From Thermoproteota archaeon (lineage in GTDB: Archaea; Thermoproteota; Thermoprotei_A; EX4484-217-1): 64,000 nucleotides of DNA. The notes beneath the pieces are model-generated. The model ran no database searches. It was not told the DNA's origin and worked only from the letters and a program-made list of their open reading frames with translations. The DNA is taken from contig JAPDJU010000012.1 in NCBI GenBank assembly GCA_029258915.1, forward strand, positions 53,149-117,148. Reading direction: 5' to 3'. Both the position numbers and the translations under genes were made by a program. This document shows positions 17,713-27,606 of the stretch, one piece after another; within the stretch, counting starts at the first letter, position 1, and each line of letters opens with the position of its first letter.

Positions 17713-18915
17713 ATGAAACAGTATGGTGAAACGTGGGCTAGTATTATATTGTTAATTGCTGCCGGCTTTATAGGAACTTTAGGTTTTAGATCATCCATAC
17801 CCGTAATTGCTTTTTTAGGTAGAGACGTTTTACAATTATCAGCATTCCTAGTTTCGTTCTTTTACCCAGGATATATGGTTTCGAGAGCATTATCTTCAAT
17901 AACTCTAGGATATATTGTAGATAGAGCTCCAAGGGTAATATATTTAGTGCCTTTATTTGCTGCTGTTTTCGCGCTAACCATATACTGCTATGTTTACGCA
18001 GATAACTGGGTATTTATAGTACTGCTCCGTATGGTTCAGGGGTTCTTAGGTGGATGTATATGGCCTCTAGTACAATATTTGGTAGCTCAAATTTCACCTC
18101 AAAATCTGAAGGGCAGAATATTATCAGTCTATTTTGCTCTAGGCTCCGCGGGTATTCTTCTAGGTAATGTGGTTTACGCTACAATTGTAGATTATCCTTT
18201 AAGCCGTAAATTAGCTATTTCGACATCGTTTTTCCTAGTAGCAGCGCTGTTTATGCTTACAGCCATATACCTTACTAGGCAAAGGATTGTTTATTATAGG
18301 CGAAGAGAGCAGAGAAGCAGGATTAGTTTTGAACGTCCAGTACTTTATGTCGTCTTTTCAGGTTTCCTCTTAGCTTTATGTGTTGCTTTTGCATTTGGAG
18401 ACATAGTTTATATTTATGTTTCAGAAGTGCTATCATTAACGAGATCTGATACTGCTTTACTTTTAGCTTTTTGTAGCGGTTTAAGTATTTGCTTTAGCTA
18501 CATTATAAGCTGGTTTGCAGATAGGGGGTATGAAAGAGAAACACTAGCCTTAACTTACATTCTGGTAGCTGCTTCCATACCGCTAATATCTATCGGAAGC
18601 ATATACATACTTCCATTAGGCTTGACCTTAGCTCTAATATCTATTAGAGTTTTTCATCCTCTTTCAAGGAGGTACATAGCTTTACATTGCTCAATGCCGG
18701 CCACAGGGATTGGAGCCGTAAATATGGCTACGAATCTGGGAATATCCCTGGGGCTAATAGTTTTCAGTAGAACATATGATTATCTTGAAAATATTAGAAC
18801 AATATTTTTAGGTTTAAAAATAAATTACGCGCCATATGTGCTTCTAATATTTGCTATTCTACTAATAGTACTCGCGATTAAACTTTTAACAGCTAAGAGG
18901 ATAGGAAATGTTTAG
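17713..18915 (+). CDS. MFS transporter
   Basis: About 12 hydrophobic segments, GYIVDR, LLRMVQG and WFADRG motifs. Confidence 0.88.
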   Translation: MKQYGETWASIILLIAAGFIGTLGFRSSIPVIAFLGRDVLQLSAFLVSFFYPGYMVSRALSSITLGYIVDRAPRVIYLVPLFAAVFALTIYCYVYADNWVFIVLLRMVQGFLGGCIWPLVQYLVAQISPQNLKGRILSVYFALGSAGILLGNVVYATIVDYPLSRKLAISTSFFLVAALFMLTAIYLTRQRIVYYRRREQRSRISFERPVLYVVFSGFLLALCVAFAFGDIVYIYVSEVLSLTRSDTALLLAFCSGLSICFSYIISWFADRGYERETLALTYILVAASIPLISIGSIYILPLGLTLALISIRVFHPLSRRYIALHCSMPATGIGAVNMATNLGISLGLIVFSRTYDYLENIRTIFLGLKINYAPYVLLIFAILLIVLAIKLLTAKRIGNV

Positions 18916-18961
18916 CGAAGAATTAATTATTTTTAAGAGATTAAGACGTAATTAATAGTAA

Positions 18962-19285
18962 TTAACCTACTATCATTATTGGTCTTCTCTCTATAATAGC
19001 TTGCACTAGTTTTCTACGTCCACTACTTAAAGTCCTCCATAAAGTCCCTCTAGAAACACCCATTCTCTTAGCGGCTTCCTCTTGAGTAAGTCCCTCGAAA
19101 TAAACGAGCCTCATAGCTTCAACTTCATCAGGTGTAAGCTTTAGAGGCTCATTATTTATGGGATTACCTGCTTCGTCAAAAGGTATAAACGTTAGCTTAA
19201 ATGGAGGAAAGCCTATTGTTCTAGGCTTAGGTGGTCTGCCTGGACCTCTTCTACACCATCCCCAGCGCCAACCTCTGCGGTGCAT
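18962..19285 (-). CDS. DUF134 (UPF0251) HTH DNA-binding protein
   Basis: GRPPKPR..LTPDEVEAMRLVYFEGLTQEEAAKRMGVSRGTLWR..GRRKL. The start is taken at ATG 19285. Confidence 0.9.
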   Translation of the reverse strand: MHRRGWRWGWCRRGPGRPPKPRTIGFPPFKLTFIPFDEAGNPINNEPLKLTPDEVEAMRLVYFEGLTQEEAAKRMGVSRGTLWRTLSSGRRKLVQAIIERRPIMIVG

Positions 19286-19460
19286 GATAAAAACCCCATT
19301 CAAGGTATAACATTGTTTAAGCACATATTAATATTTGGGGGAGCTATTGAAGCTTAAGCTTTAAATAAGCATTACAGACCCTAATCTACTTATAATGCTG
19401 AGAATTTAATCATGTATTTTAGGTATTGTTTAAACTTTTCTAAGTAAACTATTTCTCAGG

Positions 19461-20852
19461 GTGAGCTATTTTATGGTGAATTTCGACATTCTAATAAAGA
19501 ACGGTTTAGTTGTCACAATGGATTCTAAAAGAAGAGTTATTGAGAAAGGATATGTCGCTATTGTTGGCGACAGAATTGCCGAAGTCGGTAAAGATTCTTT
19601 GGATAAGTCTGCTGAGAAAGTTATTGATGCTAAAGGAGCTATTGTAATGCCGGGAATTATATGTGGTCACACACACCTATACGGTATTTTGCTTAGAGGC
19701 TCTCCATGGTTCGCCAAAATAGAACCTCCAACAGACTTCATCCAGAACCTTCATCGTATATGGTGGGCTATGGATGAAATAATGAACTACGATGATGCCT
19801 ATGCTAGCGCATTAGCAGCATCCTTTGAAATGATGAAGTCTGGTGTAACACTTTTTGCAGACACGTTTTCAGGACCTAATGCTATTGAAGGTGTTCTAGA
19901 TAGAATAGAGGAAGCTGTTAAAAAAGTGGGTATTAGGGGAATTATAGCTTTTGAGGCAACTGAAAGGCATAGTAAAGAAGAGGGCGAAAGGGGGATAAAA
20001 GAAAACATTAGATTTATTGAGAGAGTTAGAAGGGAGAAAGACCCATTAGTCACAGGGATGATAAGTATTCATGCATCATTTACTGTTACAAACTGGTTAC
20101 TAAAGTGGGCTAGAGAACTAGCCAATAAGTATGAAGTACCTATAACACTACATACATCAGAGGGTCTAGTAGACCCGTACCATAACCTTGAAAGATATGG
20201 TATGAGGACTTTCGAAAGATTATATAGGGTAGGTCTTCTAGGACCTGATGTTGTAGCTGTTCATGCTGTCCATGTTATTGATGATGAGTTAAAACTTATA
20301 GCTAAGACAGGAACAAAAATAGCACATAATCCACTAAGTAATATGCTTAATGCCGTAGGAGCACCGCCAATACATAAAATGTTAGAAATGGGTATAACAG
20401 TAACAATAGGTAATGATGGATACATTTTTGATCCCTTCGAAAACATTAGAGGAGCATATTTGCTAGCTAAAGTAGCATTCAGAGATCCAAGACTAATAAC
20501 GCCTTTAGAAGCAATAGAAATGGCAACAATAAACGGGGCAAAAGCTTATGGATTAGAAGATAAGCTTGGATCCTTAGAGCCAGGTAAGAGAGCAGACATA
20601 ATAATTGTAATGCCTGAACTCATGCCAACGCCGTTAAATGCAGAAACAGTTTACGGACACTTAGTAAATACCATAGATGGCGATGATGTAAAAACGGTAA
20701 TAGTTAACGGAAAGATCATTATGGAAAACAGGAAATCATTAACAATATCTGAAGAAGAAGTAAATAAGATATCACAAGAAATTGCAGCAAAATTCTGGAA
20801 AAGACTACTAAGCAAGGGAGAACACCAGTTAGACATAGTTAGACTGGAGTAA
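19461..20852 (+). CDS. ssnA: SsnA-like amidohydrolase (purine ring opening)
   Basis: CGHTHLYG, PPTDFIQNL..IWWAMD, FEATER..GIKENIRFI, HASFTV, HTSEG and HNPLSNM follow the SsnA pattern. Confidence 0.75.
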   Translation: MSYFMVNFDILIKNGLVVTMDSKRRVIEKGYVAIVGDRIAEVGKDSLDKSAEKVIDAKGAIVMPGIICGHTHLYGILLRGSPWFAKIEPPTDFIQNLHRIWWAMDEIMNYDDAYASALAASFEMMKSGVTLFADTFSGPNAIEGVLDRIEEAVKKVGIRGIIAFEATERHSKEEGERGIKENIRFIERVRREKDPLVTGMISIHASFTVTNWLLKWARELANKYEVPITLHTSEGLVDPYHNLERYGMRTFERLYRVGLLGPDVVAVHAVHVIDDELKLIAKTGTKIAHNPLSNMLNAVGAPPIHKMLEMGITVTIGNDGYIFDPFENIRGAYLLAKVAFRDPRLITPLEAIEMATINGAKAYGLEDKLGSLEPGKRADIIIVMPELMPTPLNAETVYGHLVNTIDGDDVKTVIVNGKIIMENRKSLTISEEEVNKISQEIAAKFWKRLLSKGEHQLDIVRLE

Positions 20853-20960
20853 GAAAAATAGTTAAATGAAAACTTATTTTTTACATTTTCATACATTACT
20901 TTGGCTTTTCTAAGGAAAAGTAGAAATATTTTTCCTAATTTTATATTAACGGTGTTAATA

Positions 20961-21230
20961 GTGAAGGTACGTGTAGGATTTTATGGTAGAGCCAGAGACA
21001 TTGTTGGTGAGGATAAAGCTTTCATAGAATTAAACGTTAAAGAAGGAATTTCAGTAAAGGATTTGTTAAATATCGTAGCAGAAAGGGTTAGCGAAAAACT
21101 TGTTAGAAGATTCCTAAACAAAAGTATAATATTAACCATTGTTGTAAACGGTACTCCTATTAATGACTTAAATTATAAACTTACGAATAATTCTATGGTA
21201 ACATTTATACCGCCAAGCCAAGGAGGGTAA
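20961..21230 (+). CDS. MoaD/SAMP ubiquitin-like sulfur carrier
   Basis: VKVRVGFYG..VNG..FIPPSQGG with C-terminal di-glycine. GTG 20961 is the preferred start. Confidence 0.85.
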   Translation: MKVRVGFYGRARDIVGEDKAFIELNVKEGISVKDLLNIVAERVSEKLVRRFLNKSIILTIVVNGTPINDLNYKLTNNSMVTFIPPSQGG

Positions 21231-21274
21231 AGATCATATTAGTATGTTTTGAAAATCTCTAAGCTTATTTCTCA

Positions 21275-21484
21275 CTAGCCACCAGAAGCCACAGGCATAA
21301 TTATATATTCCCCATTCTCTTCAAGTATATCATCTTCTACGAGTGGGAGTTCATCTTTAAGTACAATAACATCCTCAACAGTATGGCCTAGTTTATGAAT
21401 TAAATCTATTACCCTAGCATTGTCATCTAATGTTATCTCTAAAACTTTGTTTTCTCTTAGAAGTTTGGCTTTAACTTTGATCAT
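21275..21484 (-). CDS. ThiS/TtuB-like ubiquitin-like sulfur carrier
   Basis: Ends in PVASGG. The ATG overlaps the ttuA stop (ATGA). Confidence 0.85.
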   Translation of the reverse strand: MIKVKAKLLRENKVLEITLDDNARVIDLIHKLGHTVEDVIVLKDELPLVEDDILEENGEYIIMPVASGG

Positions 21485-22428
21485 TTCTTTAACACCTTCT
21501 CCATAGCTGATTTTATTTTGCAGAAAGAACATATTTTACCTGTAGTTGGCATACCACATATCTTACATTCTTTAAACTTTTTCTCACTTAAGTAATGTGA
21601 GTAAAGTATTGGATTTATTTTTTCAAGAAACATTCTAGCAAATGTTATTTTAAGCCCTGGAACATTTTCTTCAAGGACATTGCTCGTTTTTCTTATATAT
21701 TCATGAAATGTTCTTAGCCTGGCATATGGGCATACATTGTAGTTAAACGGTAATTTTCTGAGCATAGCGTATAGTAATGTTTCTTTCTCTGAAATATAGG
21801 CCAACGGTTTCACCTTAGCTACAAATTTAAATTCGGAAGGACTATAAATCGATATCTTGGCTAAATTATCTACTCTACCAGAATATAGGCTAGAGAAAAT
21901 GTAGTAAACCATGTCATCTAAGTTGTGGCCTGTGGCTATGGCATTAGCTCCTATTTCTAAAGCATACTTATTCATAATGTATCTCTTGATTGTTCCGCAA
22001 ATACTGCATATAGGTTTTTTGATGCCTGCTTTCCTTCTATATTTAGCAATATCATCTATTGAAAATCCATATTTATTTTTAAGTTCTATGACCTTATACT
22101 TAATATTAAGCATTTCATAGTTTTTTAGAGCTTTTTCAACGCTTTCAACAGAATACTTTCTAATACCCAAATCTATAGTTAAGCCTATGATTTCGAAGTT
22201 AAATTCCTTAGAAACTTTATGGAGCAAATGCAAAAGTGTAACACTATCCTTACCTCCTGAAACAGCTACAACAACTTTATCCATGTTTTTAAATAACTTG
22301 TTCTTAGAAATTATTTTGCTAAACCTTTTCTCTACATACTCTACGAAGTGTTTAGAGCATAAACTAAGTTTGGCATATCTAAGCTTAGTAATAGCTTTAT
22401 TACTGCAAAAACTACACTTAACGGACAT
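21481..22428 (-). CDS. ttuA: tRNA 2-thiolation enzyme TtuA/NcsA (TIGR00269-like)
   Basis: N-terminal CxxC..CxxH, PP-loop SGGKDS, CSICG, GHNLDD and C-terminal CxxC..CxxC. Confidence 0.9.
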   Translation of the reverse strand: MSVKCSFCSNKAITKLRYAKLSLCSKHFVEYVEKRFSKIISKNKLFKNMDKVVVAVSGGKDSVTLLHLLHKVSKEFNFEIIGLTIDLGIRKYSVESVEKALKNYEMLNIKYKVIELKNKYGFSIDDIAKYRRKAGIKKPICSICGTIKRYIMNKYALEIGANAIATGHNLDDMVYYIFSSLYSGRVDNLAKISIYSPSEFKFVAKVKPLAYISEKETLLYAMLRKLPFNYNVCPYARLRTFHEYIRKTSNVLEENVPGLKITFARMFLEKINPILYSHYLSEKKFKECKICGMPTTGKICSFCKIKSAMEKVLKK

Positions 22429-22646
22429 TTCTAAATACCTTTCTTCTAATCAAGAACCTTTCTAAGGGACTTAACTTAAATATTTAAAGTATTATGATAT
22501 AAGGATTCTCTAAAATTTAATGATTTCTTATGTACTCCAACATATTTGTTGCATATATTCTCTTATTTCATATGTAAATAAGTATGTTTTACATAAATTT
22601 TAATATGATAAAATATATTTATTTTACACCAGTTATGGTGTAGTAT

Positions 22647-23603
22647 ATGAGGAAGGTTGTGTTATTATCTCTTGTATTAGCCATATTGCTAATACTTGCA
22701 TGTCCTACTTTGTTGTTTAGTACTAAGTCTTCGGTTAATATGGCTGTCGAATTTAACAATCATGCTTCTGCTGTTTGGATTGCTTTAGAAAAGGGTTATT
22801 TTAACGATGAAGGAGTAGATGTTAAAACTCTAGAAACTTTTATAACAGGTCTTGAACTTTCGGCAGCGTTAGATAGAGGAGATATTCAAGTTGCATGGGC
22901 GTGCTTAGGTCCTTTAGTTATAGCTTATTCTAAAGGTGTTCCTATAAAGATCGTAGCTATGGCGCATGCTCATGGTTACGTTTTAGTGGCTAAACCAGAA
23001 TTGGAGACTATTTATGACTTGGAAAATAAAACTATTGCTTGTTGTGGAAAGGGCTCTCCAGTCTATTTACTAGTAAAGTTAGTAATTGAAAGATATGGTT
23101 TAAAGAATGTAAAAATAGTTTACATGAAACCTCCTATAGCTATGGCTTCTTTAATTTCAGGGAAAATAGATGCCGCAGCGTTACCTGAACACTATGCTTC
23201 ATTAGTTATTAGTAAAGGTTTTAAACTGCTAGTTAGAAGTCAGGATCTTTGGGGTAAATGGCCTGGCAGTTTCTTAGCTGTTAGAGAAGAATTGTTAAAG
23301 AAAAACCCTGAGCTTGTTAAGAAACTAATTAAGGTTACTATTAGAGCCACAGCGTTCATAAATGAAAACATAAGCGAAGCCGCTAAGATAGTTTCTTCTA
23401 AACTTAAGATACCTTATGAAGTGTGTTTAAAGTCTATGGAAAACCTAGAGTACTCTAATACCGTAGATGTTTTAGAGATTCAAAAATACCTGGACCTGAT
23501 GTACAAGTATGGCTGCATAGACAGAAGAATAAATGCCAACGAAATCTTAGATTTAACCATACTAAACGAAGTTATTTCTAAAACGAATAAAACTTCCTCC
23601 TAG
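22647..23603 (+). CDS. ABC substrate-binding protein, SsuA/NitT/NMT1 type
   Basis: Signal helix, ALEKGYF..EG, GDIQVA and GKIDAAALPE. Confidence 0.85.
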   Translation: MRKVVLLSLVLAILLILACPTLLFSTKSSVNMAVEFNNHASAVWIALEKGYFNDEGVDVKTLETFITGLELSAALDRGDIQVAWACLGPLVIAYSKGVPIKIVAMAHAHGYVLVAKPELETIYDLENKTIACCGKGSPVYLLVKLVIERYGLKNVKIVYMKPPIAMASLISGKIDAAALPEHYASLVISKGFKLLVRSQDLWGKWPGSFLAVREELLKKNPELVKKLIKVTIRATAFINENISEAAKIVSSKLKIPYEVCLKSMENLEYSNTVDVLEIQKYLDLMYKYGCIDRRINANEILDLTILNEVISKTNKTSS

Positions 23604-23614
23604 GTGGAAAAACA

Positions 23615-24397
23615 ATGTTTATTAGCGGACATAGTTCTGTAAAGGTTTTAGAAAGAACAGTCTCATATATTTTGATAGCGTTAGCGACATGTTTATGGGA
23701 GCTTATATCTAGATCTGGAGTAGTATCTATAGCTCTTTTTCCTCCACCTTCAACGGTTTTCTTTAAGTTGTATTTAATGGTTGTTTCTGGTATTTTGTTG
23801 CAGGAATATTTTACTACCCTATATCGTGTTTTAGTAGGTTTTCTTTCAGGTGCAATATTGGGCATGGTATTTGGTGTTTTAATTGCTTATTCACGTATTG
23901 CATCAAGTACTCTTTATCCTATAATAGCTATGTTTTCAGTAACGCCTACTTTGGCTTTAGTGCCTCTATTAATAATCTGGATTGGGTTAAATGATATGTT
24001 AGCCATAGCAGCTGTATTTCTATGCTCATTTATACCCTTAGCTTACAATACTATTTCAGGTATTAGACATATAGATCCTGAAGTTGTTGATGTTGCCAAA
24101 ACCCTTGGGGCATCAAGATTAGAACTTTTAGCTAAAATACTGCTTCCACAGGCTCTTCCATCAATATTTTCTGCTTTAAAACTTGAAGCAGCTATGGCAT
24201 GGAAAACATGTTTTGTAGCAGAGTTTATAGCTTTAAGCTCAGGTTTAGGAAGACTAATGATAGAAGCATTAAATACTCTTAGTGTTGACGAAATGATAGC
24301 GCTGCTTTTTATTTTAGCTTTATCATCATATGGTTTTGTTAGGTTTTTTGAAGAACTTGAAAAAAGCTTCTTAGCAAAATGGGGATATAGGGTGTAG
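23615..24397 (+). CDS. ABC permease, SsuC/NitT type
   Basis: LWELISR..FPPPSTV, TLYRVLVG and EAA-like AKTLGAS. Confidence 0.88.
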   Translation: MFISGHSSVKVLERTVSYILIALATCLWELISRSGVVSIALFPPPSTVFFKLYLMVVSGILLQEYFTTLYRVLVGFLSGAILGMVFGVLIAYSRIASSTLYPIIAMFSVTPTLALVPLLIIWIGLNDMLAIAAVFLCSFIPLAYNTISGIRHIDPEVVDVAKTLGASRLELLAKILLPQALPSIFSALKLEAAMAWKTCFVAEFIALSSGLGRLMIEALNTLSVDEMIALLFILALSSYGFVRFFEELEKSFLAKWGYRV

Positions 24398-24402
24398 AAT
24401 CT

Positions 24403-25440
24403 ATGACAGAGATAGAGATAGTTAACGTTAGAAACTATGCTCTTAAAAACGTTAATCTGGAATTCAAAGATAAAGAGTTCAGTATAATTTTAGGGCCAAG
24501 CGGTGCTGGTAAAACAACACTGCTTAAAGTAATTGCCGGAGTTGTAAAGTATAAAGGCCATGTGTATTTTAACGGTAAATGTGTTGATAATGTGTTTCCA
24601 GGAGAACGTAAAGTTGGCTATGTTCCTCAAAGCCTTGCACTTTTCAATCACATGACTGTATGGGATAATGTAGCTTTCGGGCTTAAAGTAAGAGGAATAA
24701 GCGAAAAAATAGTGCATGAAAAAGTAGGATACACACTTAAGCTAATGGACATTTATCACCTACGTAATAAATATCCTTTAAAACTAAGTGGGGGTGAACG
24801 TCAGAGAGTTGCTATAGCAAGAGCATTAGCTATAGAACCTGAAATACTTTTACTTGATGAGCCATTTTCTAACTTGCATGTTAGCTTAAAACTAGAGTTA
24901 CTTTCTAAAATTATTAGTATAAGCAAGGAAAAGGGACTTAATGTAATAATTGCTACCCATAACCTGGATTACACCGAAATGCTTAATGAAAGAACAGTAG
25001 TACTGAATGATGGAAAAGTAGTTTATGATGGTTTGTTTAAAGATCTTCTATTAGGAAAGGAAATTTTAGACATACTCCCTATAGTCTCGTTACATGTAGA
25101 CAGTATAGAACCTTTAACTAATGGGTTATCTTTAGCTAGAATAGGTAACCTTAAAATAATAGTTCCTTGGGAAAGAGAAAGCAATAACGTAAGAGCGATT
25201 ATAATACCTTCAGATAAAATAGTTCTGTCTAATATTCCTCAAAGAGTACAGGCAAATACGTATCCTGCTCTAGTAAGAGATATACACATGGTAAATAGCT
25301 GGGTAAATTTATCATTAGAAATTAAAGATATGCTTTTAGAAATCAAAGTTCCATATAGTAGTATTAGAGGGTTTAAGAACCTTAAGAAGGGAGCAATAGT
25401 TTACATCAAATTCCCTATAAGGCATATTAGAGTAATATAG
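24403..25440 (+). CDS. ABC ATP-binding protein with C-terminal TOBE-like region
   Basis: GPSGAGKT, LSGGERQR, LLLDEP and a long beta-rich C-terminus. Confidence 0.9.
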   Translation: MTEIEIVNVRNYALKNVNLEFKDKEFSIILGPSGAGKTTLLKVIAGVVKYKGHVYFNGKCVDNVFPGERKVGYVPQSLALFNHMTVWDNVAFGLKVRGISEKIVHEKVGYTLKLMDIYHLRNKYPLKLSGGERQRVAIARALAIEPEILLLDEPFSNLHVSLKLELLSKIISISKEKGLNVIIATHNLDYTEMLNERTVVLNDGKVVYDGLFKDLLLGKEILDILPIVSLHVDSIEPLTNGLSLARIGNLKIIVPWERESNNVRAIIIPSDKIVLSNIPQRVQANTYPALVRDIHMVNSWVNLSLEIKDMLLEIKVPYSSIRGFKNLKKGAIVYIKFPIRHIRVI

Positions 25441-25474
25441 TTTTATAGTTAAAGTAATCAGAGGTATGTCCTTA

Positions 25475-26515
25475 TTATTTTTTCTTAAGCTTCTTAATGA
25501 TTTTCTCAAACTCTATGGTCTTACTTGGTTTTTCAGGCAATAATCCTTTAGGTTTAAACATTAATATTAGTATTAAGATTATTCCGAAAAATATGTAGCT
25601 TAAATAATTAACATCAAATGGAGCTACTATGTAATGTTTATATTGCATTATAAGCCTTTCGGTTAAAACATAGATAAAAGAGCCTAGTGCAGCACCTATG
25701 TTATTTCCTACTCCACCTATAATTATCATAACCCATATTATGAATGTTCTTAACGGCATAAAGTCGTCTGCATGAACCGATCTTACATAAAGAGCATAAA
25801 GTACTCCAGCAATACCAGCTATAGCTGAACCTAAAACTAAGATTTTCGTTCTAACCTTTACTACGTCTTTACCATAAGATTCAGCTGCTATCTCATTATC
25901 TCTAATAGCCCTAATGAGCCTGCCTAAAGGTGATCTAGTAAGTTTCTCAACAAAACCCCATGTAGATAAAGCAATACCCAGCATTATGAATACTTGAACA
26001 AATTCCTTAACATTTACAGGGATCCATGCAAAAACATCAGGTACGGAAACACCTAAAGTACCGCAAATCAGTGGGTCATAGTTCCTAGCAACAATCCTCA
26101 ACAGTTCACCAGAAGCTAAAAGAGTTATTCCCAAATACGTTTCTTTAAGTCTTATAGCAGGGTATGAAGCTACGTAACCTAATAATCCTCCTACAATACA
26201 TCCAGCTAATAGCATTGTAACAAATATTAACACTGAAAGCAGCGGGTTTTCTGCAAGGTACTTAGTTACTTCTGAAGCATAAAGAACATTAAAACTGCAA
26301 TAATTTTCAGACGATAAACCTATAATGATTAGTAATAGTCTTGTAATTACTGCTCCAGTTATAAAAGCTCCTCCAGCAAAGAACAATACTTTTCCGAAAT
26401 TAGGGATTCCAGTATAGCCGTACTCTAAATTAAGGCTTATAGATAACATAAGGTATATTGAAAAGAAAGCTGTAAGATCTATTACGAAACGTATTGGATC
26501 AGCAATACCTATCAT
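25475..26515 (-). CDS. livM: Branched-chain amino acid ABC permease
   Basis: GYTGIPNFG, SPLGRLIRAIRDNEIAA and IIGGVGN. Confidence 0.88.
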   Translation of the reverse strand: MIGIADPIRFVIDLTAFFSIYLMLSISLNLEYGYTGIPNFGKVLFFAGGAFITGAVITRLLLIIIGLSSENYCSFNVLYASEVTKYLAENPLLSVLIFVTMLLAGCIVGGLLGYVASYPAIRLKETYLGITLLASGELLRIVARNYDPLICGTLGVSVPDVFAWIPVNVKEFVQVFIMLGIALSTWGFVEKLTRSPLGRLIRAIRDNEIAAESYGKDVVKVRTKILVLGSAIAGIAGVLYALYVRSVHADDFMPLRTFIIWVMIIIGGVGNNIGAALGSFIYVLTERLIMQYKHYIVAPFDVNYLSYIFFGIILILILMFKPKGLLPEKPSKTIEFEKIIKKLKKK

Positions 26516-27471
26516 TGTTTTCTAGTCCTCTTGACGGTTTTTAGCAGTTTAGATATTTTTTCAAGTTTTATTTTTGAAGCTAAACCTTCAGGCACAATAA
26601 GCAAGGTAATTATTAGAATAATAAAAGATATAGCCGGTCTAAAAGCCGTTGAGATATTAAGTGGCGGTTTAGATAAGAAATATATTCCTATGATTTCAGC
26701 GAAACCAACAGCATAACCACCAAGCATTGCACCATATATACTTAAAAATCCTCCTAAAATTGATGATGCAAAGGTTCTCAATAACATGTACCACCCAACT
26801 TCAGGTCCTGCCGTTATTCTGAAAGGTAAGAAAGCTCCTGCTATTCCTGCAAGACCACCAGCTAGAAACCATGATATAGCATATACTTTGTTTACGTTAA
26901 CACCTAAAACTTCAGCTAAATTTGGATTCTCAATAGCAGCCCTCATTGCTATACCAAATTTTGTTTTTGTTAGAAGAATGTAGAATGAAAATATTAAGAA
27001 TATAGATAGTGCTGACGAAATAATAAATAAATAAGGAAGTGATAACGTGCCTAAAGTTATCGTATAGTCTCTAAATAGAAACCCTCTAGAGATGACTTTG
27101 TAAGTTTCTGAAAGTATATCTGCATAGACGTGTAGTGATGATCTTAGGACAACTTCTAAGGCTATTGATGCTATCATTAAACCTATTATCCCTGTACCCC
27201 TATCAGCTAGCGGTTTAAAGATAAATAAATATGATAATAAAGCTATTGTACCTGATATTAGGAATGCGAGTGGAATGCTAAGGTAAGGGCTAATTTTGAG
27301 ATAAGTATACATAAAATACGCAACATAGGTTCCTATAGTTGCCAAATCTCCATGAGCAAAATTAGGTATTCTTAGGGTAATGTAGGTTAAAGTGAGACCT
27401 ACAGCTAACAGTACTAATAGGTTCCCAAATATCATAGCATCTATGAGTAATGTTGTTTCTGCCGTTTTCAA
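26512..27471 (-). CDS. livH: Branched-chain amino acid ABC permease
   Basis: GLTLTY..PNFAHG, TKFGIAMRA and LAEVLGVN. Confidence 0.88.
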   Translation of the reverse strand: MKTAETTLLIDAMIFGNLLVLLAVGLTLTYITLRIPNFAHGDLATIGTYVAYFMYTYLKISPYLSIPLAFLISGTIALLSYLFIFKPLADRGTGIIGLMIASIALEVVLRSSLHVYADILSETYKVISRGFLFRDYTITLGTLSLPYLFIISSALSIFLIFSFYILLTKTKFGIAMRAAIENPNLAEVLGVNVNKVYAISWFLAGGLAGIAGAFLPFRITAGPEVGWYMLLRTFASSILGGFLSIYGAMLGGYAVGFAEIIGIYFLSKPPLNISTAFRPAISFIILIITLLIVPEGLASKIKLEKISKLLKTVKRTRKQ

Positions 27472-27606
27472 CCACCGCGCTATTTAATTGCTGGAAATTT
27501 TTGAAATTTAAATTTTAAATATGTTTCTAATAGGTTTACTAAGGAAACCTATATATAGTTCTTCTTTCAATTCCTATAAACTAAAATACAAAATCTGCAA
27601 TGATAG

